Shown here: positions 18,786-29,662 of the stretch, piece after piece
How the letters are laid out: every line of letters starts with the position of its first letter
How positions within the stretch are numbered: the stretch's first letter is position 1
Assembly (NCBI GenBank): GCA_963675665.1
Contig: OY776510.1
Location: forward strand, 2,432,001-2,496,000
Source of the DNA: Spirochaetia bacterium
GTDB taxonomy: Bacteria; Spirochaetota; Spirochaetia; UBA9216
Length of the DNA stretch: 64,000 nt
Reading direction: 5' to 3'
Position numbers and translations under genes: made by a program
The notes under the pieces: generated by a model
Told to the model about the DNA's origin: nothing
The model's database searches: none
Seen by the model: only the letters and a program-made list of their open reading frames with translations

Positions 18786-19829
18786 ATGCGAACCTTGTTT
18801 GCTGTTTCCGTTCTTTGTTTAGTTTTAATAACCGGTTGTGTTACGTCTCCTCCCGTATTATTTACTTTTGATCTGCCTGAGTATTCGTCCTATACCAGGG
18901 AAGTGAATAACCGGGAACTCGTTCTGAATGTTATTGATGTTAATAACATCGGTGTTAAAATAATAAAACATCCTGCTGCATATGAGAATGGTTACAGTGA
19001 CAAACCAATTAAATCTTACTATACCGAATCAATGAATAAAGTTTTAACTGATATCGGGTTTAAATTAAGTGAATTTACCGATTATGAATTCAGGGTTTAT
19101 ATACTTGATGCATACGTCCAGTGGGGAATGGGATTAAATGTAGAGGTAACATCCGTTTTCAGATCGCGGATTGAAATAACCTGTATTCCGGATGATAAAA
19201 TTGTGTTTGAAAATGAATACAACACAAAACGTGTAGTGAAAGCAACTGCCGGAGGGCCGTCTTCAATCCCATATGTAAAAAGGCTGTTCAAAAATACACT
19301 TGAAGCACATATGAATGAAATAATCTCAAGTATTAACTTTCATGAAATATTTATCAAATCAGATGATGATTCTGATAATATAAATCAGGGAGATACTCCT
19401 GGATTGTACATAAAAGATGCCAGGCGTAATAATCTTCCGATTATTACCGTTTTCGATTTCGAATATGAAGGAATATCAAAAAATGAAGCAAGTTTTTTGG
19501 TAGATTTCCTGGGCGGAGCATTATTTGATACAGGGAATTATCGTATTATTGACAGAAAGCAACGTGAATCGATATTGTCCGAAATACAATTCTCAATGTC
19601 GGGTTGTACTGAGGAGTCATGCCAGTTGGAAATAGGCAAGCTGTTGGCAGCAGATTATCTGGTTATCGGAAGCCTGGGAAAATTGGGGTCGAGGTTTATC
19701 ATAAATGCGAAACTAATCGATATTGAACTTGGAGAAACTGTTTTGTCTGCTCGCGAAATTTATCCAAATGTTGATGCAATGATTGATGGTTGTGATGAGT
19801 TCGCCGTTCGCTTGTCGGTAATTAATTAA
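18786..19829 (+). CDS. Lipoprotein with C-terminal CsgG/TolB-N-like domain
   Basis: LITG-C lipobox; IIDRKQRESILSEIQFSMSG...IGKLLAADYLVIGSL. Confidence 0.7.
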   Translation: MRTLFAVSVLCLVLITGCVTSPPVLFTFDLPEYSSYTREVNNRELVLNVIDVNNIGVKIIKHPAAYENGYSDKPIKSYYTESMNKVLTDIGFKLSEFTDYEFRVYILDAYVQWGMGLNVEVTSVFRSRIEITCIPDDKIVFENEYNTKRVVKATAGGPSSIPYVKRLFKNTLEAHMNEIISSINFHEIFIKSDDDSDNINQGDTPGLYIKDARRNNLPIITVFDFEYEGISKNEASFLVDFLGGALFDTGNYRIIDRKQRESILSEIQFSMSGCTEESCQLEIGKLLAADYLVIGSLGKLGSRFIINAKLIDIELGETVLSAREIYPNVDAMIDGCDEFAVRLSVIN

Positions 19830-19871
19830 TCCATTACCCTTGATCGAATACAATTCCACAGTAATATGCAT

Positions 19872-21278
19872 TTATTTTACTGCCGGTATTGAAAGGAAAA
19901 AAGTCGAACCTTCGTTAATTTTACTTTCTACCCGTATCTGGCCGCCAAGTTTTTCAACGAACTCTTTACATAAAATTAAGCCCAGACCGGTACCCTGTTC
20001 GGCTTCTGTTCCCGGAGTTGAGTGATGCACATCTATTCTGAACAGGTTTGTAACAATTTCCTCTTCCATACCGAGGCCGTGATCCCTGATCTTGATAAGT
20101 ACCTTGTCATTAATTTTTTCTGTGGAAATATCAACAACGCCGGTAGGAAAAGAGAATTTTATGGCATTGGAGACAAGGTTTCGAAGGATGGTTTTTACCA
20201 TGTGTAAATCTGCATATACCATTACGGGATCCGGGGTTTCGAAATTAAATTTAATGCCTTTTTTGGCAGACGGCAGTTTGAAGAGCTCAATAGTATTAGT
20301 AATTGTATTATTAATATCAAATTCTACAGGTTCAAATGCGTTTTTACCTATCTCATTTGTCGACCATTCCAGTAAGTTCGAAAGCAGATCCATAACCCGC
20401 CCTGAAGATTGTTGAAGTAATTCGGTGGCCATAATAACATCTTCAGGAGCGTTATCTTTTGTTTTTTCAACAAGCAAATTACTGATGCCTATTATGGAGC
20501 TTATAGGGTTTCGCAGATCGTGGGCAATAATCGAAAAGAATTTATCTTTCTTTGCATTCAATTCCTGAAGCTGGGTCCTTCCTCTCATCAGTTCCTTTAT
20601 CAGGTTCTCCTGTCTCTTTTGAAAGACGAAGAACAGCCTGGCTATGCAAAAAAGCAGAAAGATAAGTATGGAAAAATAAAGAACCTGTTTTATCAGGAAT
20701 GAATAGATTTCAGCATCATCCAAAATCTCTTTTTCAGGTGTTGACAGGCCGAGCGTCCAGGTTTGGTCATGGAAGCGAAATGAAGTCCAGGCAACCCATT
20801 CCTTGCCCTTATCCGGCAGCCAGATATACCATCCCTGTCCCTCGGTTGCATTCTCCACACCACGGGTCATCTCTTCATAATGAGATGCTCCGTGTTCTTT
20901 CTGTATCTCAAATATCTGACGCATCGATTTCCCGCGGTAATAATCAGGAAAATCACTGCTTTTGTCGAAAATCACGTAATCTTTGTTGTATATCCAGGCA
21001 TCTCCGTTTTTCAGTAAGTGTATCGGTTCTACAATGAAAGAAAGAATCTCCTGTTCAATCTGATCAACAGTAGCGCCTTCTTCGGAAATTCTTTTATTGA
21101 ACCAGAGATCAGCCATTTGCTTTGCTTCCTGGATTATTGCCGACTCCATATCCAGATAGTTGTCTATAACAATGCTGTATTGTCTTTTAAAGCTGAAATA
21201 TACAACGAATGTAAGCATTATCGAAAATAATATTATGCTTATATAAAGCATTTTCTTCATGGATTTATTATTGGTCAT
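19872..21278 (-). CDS. Membrane sensor histidine kinase
   Basis: Two TM segments, IIAHDLRNP H-box, NLVSNAIKF, DHGLG, GTGLGL. Confidence 0.93.
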   Translation of the reverse strand: MTNNKSMKKMLYISIILFSIMLTFVVYFSFKRQYSIVIDNYLDMESAIIQEAKQMADLWFNKRISEEGATVDQIEQEILSFIVEPIHLLKNGDAWIYNKDYVIFDKSSDFPDYYRGKSMRQIFEIQKEHGASHYEEMTRGVENATEGQGWYIWLPDKGKEWVAWTSFRFHDQTWTLGLSTPEKEILDDAEIYSFLIKQVLYFSILIFLLFCIARLFFVFQKRQENLIKELMRGRTQLQELNAKKDKFFSIIAHDLRNPISSIIGISNLLVEKTKDNAPEDVIMATELLQQSSGRVMDLLSNLLEWSTNEIGKNAFEPVEFDINNTITNTIELFKLPSAKKGIKFNFETPDPVMVYADLHMVKTILRNLVSNAIKFSFPTGVVDISTEKINDKVLIKIRDHGLGMEEEIVTNLFRIDVHHSTPGTEAEQGTGLGLILCKEFVEKLGGQIRVESKINEGSTFFLSIPAVK

Positions 21279-21783
21279 TTTCCAAGTACCTATTCTCCTG
21301 TTAATCCAAACTCAATGAGGAAATAATCAGCACTTTTTCAAAATCCTTTTGGGTTTTTATAAGATTTATTATTTTTAATGACACATATTGTATCACAGGA
21401 TTTATGATAACAGAATCAAAAAATTGATAAAAAAATGTAAATGTATGAAAGAGTAAGCCATTTTTTTGATTTCCATATTAAAAATTGGATGAAATATCAA
21501 AAAAATTGCAATTCCACCTTTTTCCGGTATATATACAGCGTTTGCTTATTTCTGTCTGGCAGCAGGAACCATACTTGGAGGCAGAATATCCGACAGCATA
21601 TCAAACCGGCGACTTTTACTGATTCTTCTGAGTATAATTCTCCCCCTGGCTGCAGTTCTGGTTTTATTAATTCGTCCGGCAGAACCTGCGGAAGGTTAAT
21701 ACTGTTCTTAAGGATCATATTAAAACTTTGTACAATCCGGAGATGATTTTGGATAGCTGTCTACGGAATACAGGATTGCGCTA

Positions 21784-23292
21784 TTATATGGTAAGCTTTC
21801 CTTTCCACAGCCTGTTCTTTACTTTTCTTATTTTTCCGGAGATAATCATCTGAGTAACAGCTGCCCCGGCGTCGTCTTCTGATAATTGCGGATGTTTTGC
21901 ATGAAGCATTCTGACCGCTGAGGGTTGCGACAGTACTCTCCGGTTATGCTTGATCAAATGAAATATTTCTTCTTCCCAATCTGCGGTATTCATAACATTT
22001 TTGCGGCAGACATCGCATCCGAAGCAAATATCCGGTTCAGAGCCCAACAGCCGCATCAGCGATTCGCGCCGGCAGGTTGTGCTGTCTGAGGCGAAACGTA
22101 GAAGGGCGGCATGGCGGGCGTTATGTTTCATGCCGGCTGCCGTATCGGACGGCGACAGCAGAAGAATTGCCTCGGCGGGGTCCATGTCCCGTCCGGCGCG
22201 GCCCGATTCCTGCAGGTAGGCTTCAACCGACGGTGACAGATCATGATGGATAACGGTGCGGATATTCGGTTTATCTATGCCCATACCGTAGGCTGTCGTA
22301 GCGCAAAGTATACCGTTAGCAGATTTAAAAAACCATTTCTCAATCCCTGCTTTTTCTTCCCTGCTCAGCCCGGCATGATAAAAGAAAATGTCATTTTCTT
22401 TAAGTCTCAGCCGCAATTGCAGAGCCGTCCGCTCAGCAGATCTGCGTGTGGAACAGAACACAAGAGCCGGGCGGTTGACAAGTTCGGCGTGCGAATACCC
22501 TTTACCGGTTTGCGGTTTATCTCCATTTTGTACAAGAAGCAGCTGCAGGCTGTTTATCTTGCACAGCGAAGGCATCACCGTGTAGGAAATGTTTGGACGA
22601 TCGGGGTTTGCGGAAACCACATGTGGTGCATCCTCAGGAAACAGTACTTCCCGGACTCTTGAAAGTACGGTTTCAGAAGCTGTTGCTGTAAAAGCGGTAA
22701 CAACCGGAATGCCGCCTTCCGCATAAATCCTCCGGCTTTCAAGATAGGCCGGCCTGAATGTATCGCCCCATTCGCTTACGGTATGAACCTCGTCAAAGAC
22801 TATGTGCATGAAACAGCTTTTTGCCAGCATGGGCAATACCTGCGGGGAAAGGGCTGTTTCCGGGTTTGTCAGAACAATCTTTATGCTTCCTTTTACAATT
22901 CCGTTGAAAATATTTCTGCGTTCGGCTGCGTTTTGTCCGCCCGTCAGCGCGGCAGCTCCAATGCCTGCATCCACGCAGCGGCGGAGCTGGTCGGATATCA
23001 GGGATAGCAGCGGAAAAATTACAAGCGTCGGTCCGGCAAGCAACAGCGCCGGCAGCATAAAGCAGAGGCTTTTTCCTGCTCCGGTCGGAAGAATCACTAT
23101 CTGCTTTGCCGGCGGATCTTTTTCGTCTCCCTGCTCGGAAGTCGTTTTCTTTTTCCCGAGGTTCGAGAAATACTCTCCGGACTCCAGTATATTTGAAATT
23201 ACCAGTCTTTGATAAGGAAAAAGATAATTTATACCAAATGAGCTTTGTGCTGTTTCTGTTATCGGATCGGAAATACTGAAAGGTTCTTCCAT
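21784..23292 (-). CDS. RecQ family ATP-dependent DNA helicase (no HRDC domain)
   Basis: LPTGAGKSLCF, DEVH, TATA, YHAG, QESGRAGRD and Zn-binding CRR...CFGCDVC. Confidence 0.92.
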   Translation of the reverse strand: MEEPFSISDPITETAQSSFGINYLFPYQRLVISNILESGEYFSNLGKKKTTSEQGDEKDPPAKQIVILPTGAGKSLCFMLPALLLAGPTLVIFPLLSLISDQLRRCVDAGIGAAALTGGQNAAERRNIFNGIVKGSIKIVLTNPETALSPQVLPMLAKSCFMHIVFDEVHTVSEWGDTFRPAYLESRRIYAEGGIPVVTAFTATASETVLSRVREVLFPEDAPHVVSANPDRPNISYTVMPSLCKINSLQLLLVQNGDKPQTGKGYSHAELVNRPALVFCSTRRSAERTALQLRLRLKENDIFFYHAGLSREEKAGIEKWFFKSANGILCATTAYGMGIDKPNIRTVIHHDLSPSVEAYLQESGRAGRDMDPAEAILLLSPSDTAAGMKHNARHAALLRFASDSTTCRRESLMRLLGSEPDICFGCDVCRKNVMNTADWEEEIFHLIKHNRRVLSQPSAVRMLHAKHPQLSEDDAGAAVTQMIISGKIRKVKNRLWKGKLTI

Positions 23293-23418
23293 TATTAATA
23301 GATAACCGGATTTATTTCTCAGAATTCAATTCGTTAATATTCCATTAGGGCTTTCTCGGTTTCAGAATATCGTACGCCTTTATTCAATTTAGAGGAGATT
23401 TTTATCAATTCCGCTTCT

Positions 23419-23451
23419 GAAACACGGAGTTCCCCGAAAACTCCGTGTTTC
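23419..23451. repeat. Perfect 13-bp inverted repeat in a divergent intergenic region
   Basis: gaaacacggagtt-ccccgaa-aactccgtgtttc. Confidence 0.7.
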
Positions 23452-23562
23452 GTTTAATTATACTGTAAGGTTTTAATTCGCGGTCGAAACCTTTATAATA
23501 CCGGTTCGGCGTTTAGCGAAATAACAACAAATAACAATAAAAAAAAATAAATGATATTATAC

Positions 23563-23591
23563 TTGACCCGGTAAATATACGGTGCTACTAT
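23563..23591 (+). promoter_or_regulatory. Sigma70 promoter of the MCP gene
   Basis: TTGACC-N17-TACTAT. Confidence 0.6.
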
Positions 23592-23635
23592 TTATCAATA
23601 TTATAATGTATTAAAAAAACTAACAGGAGTTTGTT

Positions 23636-25696
23636 TTGCATTATAACGTATTCCCTAAAATTTTAATCATTCAATTAGCCGGGTCATTTATTCTTTCCGT
23701 CTGTATATTAATTTTGCTTTCTTTATCAGGCATGGCAAATCTGAGTCTGAATCCGGTCGGAATACTGCTGGTTTCCGGCCTTATCTCTGTGAGCCTCTCC
23801 GGCTGGACTTATTTTTTATTGCATGTATTTATTAACAAACCGATTTACAGAATTCACACCAGAATAAAATGTATTGCAGATAAAACTGAAACAATTCAGA
23901 AAGAGTATACGGGGCCCGGTTCAAAGAGCTTCTTTGAATTGTCTCAATGTCTTGAATCGTTTTTATCGGAATTGGATCAAACTATCGGAACTCTGCAGGA
24001 GCTTGCGGATAAAAGCACCGAGATCGGAGAAACCGTCGAAGGTTCATTACGCAAGGCGGATCTCCTGAATACTGATGTTTCAAGATCCATCAGTGATAAT
24101 CTTTTAAAGATATCCTCATTAAACACCGATATCGACAAATCGGTCGACGAGATTAATAATGTCGGAACTTCGGTAAAAAAACTTACCGAGCTGATTACGG
24201 AAAGGCAGAGTTCATCTGTGAATGAATCTACAGCCGCAATAGAAGAAATGCTGGCCTCGATAGAGAATATCTCGAGAACGTCAACTGAAAAAAGCAGGGT
24301 GACCAGCGAGCTGGATTTGATCACCAAAGCCGGTTCCAAAGAAATGGAAAATACTCTAAGGGCTATTGAACAGGTTTCAAATACTGCCGATTCGGTCGTT
24401 TTACTGGTCGGGGTAATAAATGATATTGCGGAAAAGACGAATCTTCTGGCCATGAATGCAGCCATTGAAGCCGCCCATGCCGGTGAGGCAGGACGCGGCT
24501 TTTCTGTTGTTGCTGCAGAAGTAAAAAAGCTTGCCGAACAGACAAATAACAATTCCAAACAGATAACCGAATCGCTGTCGGCAATGAAAAAACAGATGAA
24601 AGATGCTACTGAGCGGACTGTTCAGACCGACGCAAGTTTTAAGCGAATTGCTGAAAAAATCTCTGAAGTTAACGACGGGATAACAGAAATCTCCAACGGC
24701 GTAAATGAAATTTCGATCGGCGGGGCGGAGATAATGACCGCCATGCAGAACTTGCTGACAATTACCGACGAGGTAAAAGACTTTTCAGGTCTCACTGATC
24801 AGCAAATTAATCTTATTATTCAGGCGATGGGTAATGTCTCGGTCCTCTCTGCCGAGAACCTTGATAAAGCGAATAAAATGGATACTCTTGTTCAGGAAAT
24901 ATCAGCATCCATGAAAACCCTGGGTACGCTTGGCGAGTTGAATGCCGAACAACTCAACGGAATCGACACAGCGCTATCGAGGCTGTCGATCTCAACCAAA
25001 AAAAGCAGTTTTGTTATTGCCTATAATGAAGTTCCGCCCTTTTGCATGAGCGGAAAAAATGCTGTTCCTGAAGGTGCGGCAAATGATTATTTAAGAGAAA
25101 TCCTTGGAGAAATGGGAGTCACAGACATAAAGTATCGGCATGTTCAATCGCTTGAACGCATTTATGAAATGCTTGATCGTAACTACATTGATGCCTACAC
25201 TCTGGCGACAAAGACATATGATCTCAGGCCTGAATTAAAATACAGCGTACCTGCAAAGCCGAGTATTACCCCGGCTGCGGGACTGCTAGTCAGTATTGAT
25301 AATCCGCTTTCAGCGATTTCGAACCCTGATGATCTCGGGAATATGGTTATAGGCACAAAAACCGGTATGCCGATAAACGACACACTGCAGAAGTCCGGTG
25401 CAAAGATTGAGATAATCGGCGGTGAGAATCCCCTTATGGATTGTATAAGCCTGGTCGCAAAGGGCCGTCTGGATGCGGTCTATTCATTAATTTATACGGA
25501 GCTTGAGTATATGGCTAAAACTCTCGGGCTCCAGGGAAAACTTAAAACAGTTGTTCTGCCTGATCCGTTACTCGAAATCTACACTGCTTTTTCACCTGAA
25601 GCGTCACAAAGATATCTTGATAATTTTAATAAAGCTTTTGAAAAAGTAAGCAGGGAAAAACCCTTTGCTTCTTTTCTTAAAAAATATATGTTCTGA
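23636..25696 (+). CDS. Methyl-accepting chemotaxis protein with C-terminal family-3 solute-binding domain
   Basis: Two close TMs, [38 protein letters not shown] hairpin, C-terminal YNEVPPF...GRLDA PBP fold; TTG start with AGGAG. Confidence 0.9.
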   Translation: MHYNVFPKILIIQLAGSFILSVCILILLSLSGMANLSLNPVGILLVSGLISVSLSGWTYFLLHVFINKPIYRIHTRIKCIADKTETIQKEYTGPGSKSFFELSQCLESFLSELDQTIGTLQELADKSTEIGETVEGSLRKADLLNTDVSRSISDNLLKISSLNTDIDKSVDEINNVGTSVKKLTELITERQSSSVNESTAAIEEMLASIENISRTSTEKSRVTSELDLITKAGSKEMENTLRAIEQVSNTADSVVLLVGVINDIAEKTNLLAMNAAIEAAHAGEAGRGFSVVAAEVKKLAEQTNNNSKQITESLSAMKKQMKDATERTVQTDASFKRIAEKISEVNDGITEISNGVNEISIGGAEIMTAMQNLLTITDEVKDFSGLTDQQINLIIQAMGNVSVLSAENLDKANKMDTLVQEISASMKTLGTLGELNAEQLNGIDTALSRLSISTKKSSFVIAYNEVPPFCMSGKNAVPEGAANDYLREILGEMGVTDIKYRHVQSLERIYEMLDRNYIDAYTLATKTYDLRPELKYSVPAKPSITPAAGLLVSIDNPLSAISNPDDLGNMVIGTKTGMPINDTLQKSGAKIEIIGGENPLMDCISLVAKGRLDAVYSLIYTELEYMAKTLGLQGKLKTVVLPDPLLEIYTAFSPEASQRYLDNFNKAFEKVSREKPFASFLKKYMF

Positions 25697-25708
25697 ATTA
25701 TCTGTTGT

Positions 25709-27058
25709 TTACCTTACAGTATTAACTCTTATACCCATGGATCTCATCCTGGTACATACATCGTCGACGGCAGTTTTTGCGGAATCATCCATTTTCGTTA
25801 TCTTAGTCATGTCCAGAGTAACCACTTCCCGGTTTCTCAGCATTTCAAGTTTCAGTATATGAACAAGATAATAAGCATTTGACAGGGTCAGTGCTCCGCT
25901 AAGCGCGAATTTGCCCGGCTTTGTAGCATCAAGAACGATTCCAAACGGCAGGTTCCATTCTCCTGCCGGTTCTGCTATATCTTCACCGCGCTCATATCTC
26001 ATTATCATTTCGTTTGTGTCCCGCAGTCTCTCAACAAGACTCCTGATAAGTTCAAGAAACCATGAAGGAACATTATAAACATTATTATAGAAATCGCGGA
26101 CATCAAGAACGTGAACAGTTCCGGGTTTGTCGGCTCTGACATCGGCGGATCTTATACCTTCCTTTATCAGCGACATTTCTCCGATAACATCTCCGCTTTC
26201 TGCCTTGCCAAGTACAATTGTACCTGTTTCAGTTTCGCGTGAAATTGTAAAGCTGCCGTTTTTTACTACGTACATTACATGCTCAAGTGCCCCCTGCCTG
26301 ATCAGTAAATCGCCTTTTTCAACATGTTTAATAGGGATATGTGTTCTTGCCAGTATGTTCTGCAATCCCTTTATTGAAAGCACCTTGTCTCTGATCAGCT
26401 GCATGTTTTCAATCTGAATTCTTTTCTCCGCAACCTCGCTTGACTTGATCAGATTAAATATAAAATTGATGCCGGCCTGGTCTATATCTATGACATCCGA
26501 GAAATCAAGAATGAGAATTGAATTGTTTTTAAGTTTGATTTCGCGAATCTTGTTTTTAATAGGCTCGATAGAAGCTTCGGTAAATCTGCCTTTAAGAAAA
26601 AGTCTTCGGGCCCTTTCCGTTTTGGGCGCCCCTGACTCCGGCTGCCCGGCTACAGGCTGGGGGGCGGGGACAGCTTCGGTCATCCCGGGTGTTTTATGCC
26701 CTGTCATGTATTCACCCAGCTGTTCGGTTGTCGTTCGAATACGTCTGACCAGAACTTTTGCAATTGATACCGCCCATGATGAAATGCCCAGGTGCTCATC
26801 TTCAAGGATGCTGTAAGGCAGATCATTTACCAGGGTAGGCGATGTTGCAATAACTGTTGCTGATCGCTTGATTCCGGTAAGAAAAGACATCTCTCCGACA
26901 TATTGGCCGGGGCCGAGTTCCGTGATTGGTATCTGTTTACCTTCTTTTTCGATCAAAACCTGAACCGAACCGGTTCTTATTATATACATATTCCGCGAGG
27001 TATCTCCCGCCTTGAAGAGCAAATCGCCTTTATTGAATCGTACAAGCCTGGTGTTCAT
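25709..27058 (-). CDS. Tandem cNMP-binding/STAS domain protein (cNMP-STAS-cNMP-STAS)
   Basis: Two GEMS...RSA phosphate-binding cassettes, each followed by an L(K/S)G.../LD(F/M)S/T..(I/M)D STAS-like segment. Confidence 0.8.
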   Translation of the reverse strand: MNTRLVRFNKGDLLFKAGDTSRNMYIIRTGSVQVLIEKEGKQIPITELGPGQYVGEMSFLTGIKRSATVIATSPTLVNDLPYSILEDEHLGISSWAVSIAKVLVRRIRTTTEQLGEYMTGHKTPGMTEAVPAPQPVAGQPESGAPKTERARRLFLKGRFTEASIEPIKNKIREIKLKNNSILILDFSDVIDIDQAGINFIFNLIKSSEVAEKRIQIENMQLIRDKVLSIKGLQNILARTHIPIKHVEKGDLLIRQGALEHVMYVVKNGSFTISRETETGTIVLGKAESGDVIGEMSLIKEGIRSADVRADKPGTVHVLDVRDFYNNVYNVPSWFLELIRSLVERLRDTNEMIMRYERGEDIAEPAGEWNLPFGIVLDATKPGKFALSGALTLSNAYYLVHILKLEMLRNREVVTLDMTKITKMDDSAKTAVDDVCTRMRSMGIRVNTVR

Positions 27059-27118
27059 GAATAAAGAATAACTGAGATTAAGGTTTATTGCAAACAGGTT
27101 TTGGTTTTGATCTGATTT

Positions 27119-28021
27119 TTAGATCTCGTCGGCTATCCGGCAGAACAGCCACCAGGCCGCGTAGGCTTTCATGTTTGAGTTGATTGATTCAGTATGGGCC
27201 CCGCCGCAATCGTACCAGTCGGATCCTTCGGTGTGTGTGTTCTGCCAGGCTGTTGCCCAGTTGCCGCCTGTGTAATTACAGGCATCATCGGCATTTTGCG
27301 AAAGGTAGTTTCTTCCGTCGGGATCGTGGCTTTCTATATCGGCGAAGTCAAACAGCCATTTATCATTATTTTTGCAGAAGCTTCTGATTTGCTCGTTTCG
27401 TTGATTTAAATTACCGTCTTCGCCTGTTCCGTCGAGATGTCCCGTCATATATATAAATGTAATTTCAGGGTGCGCTTTCTCAAAGGCCGACATTGGAGCA
27501 AGATACTCATCAATCATCGCCTGTTCGGTTTTGGAAGATACCTGGCCGCACCACGACCACATTATTACGTTGTATCTGTCGTATTCGGAATCATCAAGAA
27601 AATCCTGTGTTTCATTTACCCATGAAGGATAATAACCCGCATCCAGCTCCAAATGTCCGTCGCCATACCCTGCGCCCTCAAAATAATCAAGAGCGCCATC
27701 CGAACCTGTTGAATTAAAATTAAAGAGATCAGTTGAGTAATCTCTGTTCAGATTTCCTTCATTGGAGAAATAGATGAGGCCGTTCATTCCGGTTGTAATT
27801 TGGCTTCCGTGTGATGTGTGACCGTAAGCTATATGCAATTTGCTTTTTACCTGTTTGATATCCGATTCGCTTATACGGCCTTCCGGGAGTTCATGAATGA
27901 CTTTGTGATCAGCTGTTTTTGATTTTGCTGTTTCTTCATCAATATTATCATTACAGCTGTAAAGCTGAAATAAACAAACCAGAGAAAGCAGAAAATACAA
28001 GCGGCCTATTTGAATTTTCAT
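27119..28021 (-). CDS. Lipoprotein of unknown function (SGNH-hydrolase-like fold possible)
   Basis: LYS-C lipobox; YGHTSHGSQITTG, WSWCGQ and FDFADIES motifs. Confidence 0.65.
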   Translation of the reverse strand: MKIQIGRLYFLLSLVCLFQLYSCNDNIDEETAKSKTADHKVIHELPEGRISESDIKQVKSKLHIAYGHTSHGSQITTGMNGLIYFSNEGNLNRDYSTDLFNFNSTGSDGALDYFEGAGYGDGHLELDAGYYPSWVNETQDFLDDSEYDRYNVIMWSWCGQVSSKTEQAMIDEYLAPMSAFEKAHPEITFIYMTGHLDGTGEDGNLNQRNEQIRSFCKNNDKWLFDFADIESHDPDGRNYLSQNADDACNYTGGNWATAWQNTHTEGSDWYDCGGAHTESINSNMKAYAAWWLFCRIADEI

Positions 28022-28101
28022 ATGAACAATTATACCACGATATGATTATGATTTCATAAATGCTGTACTAATGAAGATATTGAAAGATTTATAATGATAA
28101 A

Positions 28102-28130
28102 CTGCCCGGATTGTGTATCAATCCGGGCAG
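28102..28130 (-). terminator. Terminator of the aldehyde dehydrogenase gene
   Basis: ctgcccggattg/caatccgggcag 12-bp stem followed by TTTAT on the minus strand. Confidence 0.75.
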
Positions 28131-28138
28131 GAGCAGTA

Positions 28139-29548
28139 TTACAACATGCCCTTGAGTACTATGGTTTTTAATTGACTCATTTCTTCAAGGGTATTGAGCA
28201 TCCCCTCGCGTCCGATTCCGCTTTTCTTGTAACCGCCGAAAGGCTGATCAAGCGTCCGGTATGTACCGTGACCATTAATGACGGTACAGCCGCATTCAAG
28301 CGCAGCAGCCTGCTGCAGCGCCCGTTTATAATTACCCGAGAACACCGCCCCCGACAGGCCGAACTGTGAAGAATTGGCAATACGAACGGCCTCTTCATCG
28401 GTTTCAAACCCTATAATCGGAAAAACCGGTCCGAAAATTTCCATATCGGTTGCTACACTGCATTTCGGCAAAACATTGGTGATAACTGCAGGTTTGAAAA
28501 AATTGTTCTCCAACCTTTCCCCTCCCCAGTAAAGCGTACAACCTTCCGAAATGCATATGTCAATCTGTTTCATAACGGTATCAAGCGCTGATTTACTTAT
28601 AATACATCCCAGATCACTGTCTTCATCGGCAGGATTAGTTATTCTGATTTTTTTCAGCCTGTCGACAAGCAAATCGGCAAAAGTGTCTTTCACTGAATTG
28701 TGTATAATAAACCGCTTGGGCGCGCAGCAGGTCTGTCCTGTATTCTGAAGTCTGCCTTCAATTGCTTCGTTTGCAGCAAGTTCAAGATCAGAATCTTCAT
28801 GGACAATAAAAGCATCATTTCCGCCGAGTTCAAGAAATACTCTGTGCAGATTCGGCGCCGCATTAACCATTATCCGGATTCCTACATCAGTACTGCCGGT
28901 AAGGCTTACAGCCGCAATGTCCGGGTTTGTAACAAGCCATTTACCGACATCTGCGCCGCTTCCCGATACGAACTGAATCAGATTCTCCGGAAAACCGATA
29001 TCATCGGCCAGTTCAATCATCATCTTTACCGCCAGCGGATTGGTGCTTGCAGGCTTAACGATTATGGGGTTGCCGGCGGCAATGGCCGGTGCAGCCTTCT
29101 GACTGTAAAGTTCCACCGGATAATTAAACGGTACGATGCATGCTATCGGCCCTATCGGCTCCCGGACTGTATAGATGATATCGCTTTCGATTCCGGGCTG
29201 CGACTGGGGAAGGACTTCCGAGTACATATGTTTTATACGCTCGGCGTATCCCTCAAAAATGCGTGCTGCAACATCTGCCTCGCCGCGGCATTCGGTTATC
29301 CGTTTTCCCATCTCAGCACACTCAAGCCTTGCAATGCTTTCCTGTTTTGTACGAATTTTGTCCGCATACTTGTACATAAGTTCCGCACGGCGGTATACCG
29401 GGACTCTCTTCCATTCTGAGGCGGCTTTGAGGGATTTTTGTACGATGCTCTGAATTTGAGCTTCGGAGGCGCGTGGAACGGATCCTACAAGTGATCCGTC
29501 CACCGGGTTGTGGACATTGATGCCGGATTCCGGCATAACTGAGTTCAT
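28139..29548 (-). CDS. NAD(P)-dependent aldehyde dehydrogenase
   Basis: PFNYP, VKPAS, TGST, LELGGND (catalytic Glu), GQTCC (catalytic Cys), EIFGP, PFGGYKKSGIGREG. Confidence 0.95.
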   Translation of the reverse strand: MNSVMPESGINVHNPVDGSLVGSVPRASEAQIQSIVQKSLKAASEWKRVPVYRRAELMYKYADKIRTKQESIARLECAEMGKRITECRGEADVAARIFEGYAERIKHMYSEVLPQSQPGIESDIIYTVREPIGPIACIVPFNYPVELYSQKAAPAIAAGNPIIVKPASTNPLAVKMMIELADDIGFPENLIQFVSGSGADVGKWLVTNPDIAAVSLTGSTDVGIRIMVNAAPNLHRVFLELGGNDAFIVHEDSDLELAANEAIEGRLQNTGQTCCAPKRFIIHNSVKDTFADLLVDRLKKIRITNPADEDSDLGCIISKSALDTVMKQIDICISEGCTLYWGGERLENNFFKPAVITNVLPKCSVATDMEIFGPVFPIIGFETDEEAVRIANSSQFGLSGAVFSGNYKRALQQAAALECGCTVINGHGTYRTLDQPFGGYKKSGIGREGMLNTLEEMSQLKTIVLKGML

Positions 29549-29551
29549 ATG

Positions 29552-29662
29552 AATCTCCTTTCCAATGAGGGAGGCATTGCTGTTTCCGGCAATACCCTGT
29601 CGGTCCGGTTCCCGTAGCCAGGCTGAAACAGCTGATCCTTAGGGAGAAGGGACTCGAAGATT
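29552..29662 (-). ncRNA. Moco RNA motif (molybdenum/tungsten-cofactor riboswitch), P3-less variant
   Basis: On the minus strand AATCTTC-GAGTC...CCTAAG...TACGG...GGAC-CGAC-AGGGTATTGC-CGGAAACA-GCAATGCCTCCC-TCATT-GGAAAGGAGATT; P1 pairs over the RBS. Confidence 0.8.

Noticed and set aside
21279-21783. Short ORFs in the 500-bp gap (21441..21746 +, 21497..21718 -)
   Set aside because: No RBS or recognisable motifs; cannot be supported as genes or RNA
23293-23635. c-di-GMP riboswitch upstream of the MCP
   Set aside because: No GEMM-type GCAAA/GAAA tetraloop-receptor architecture found
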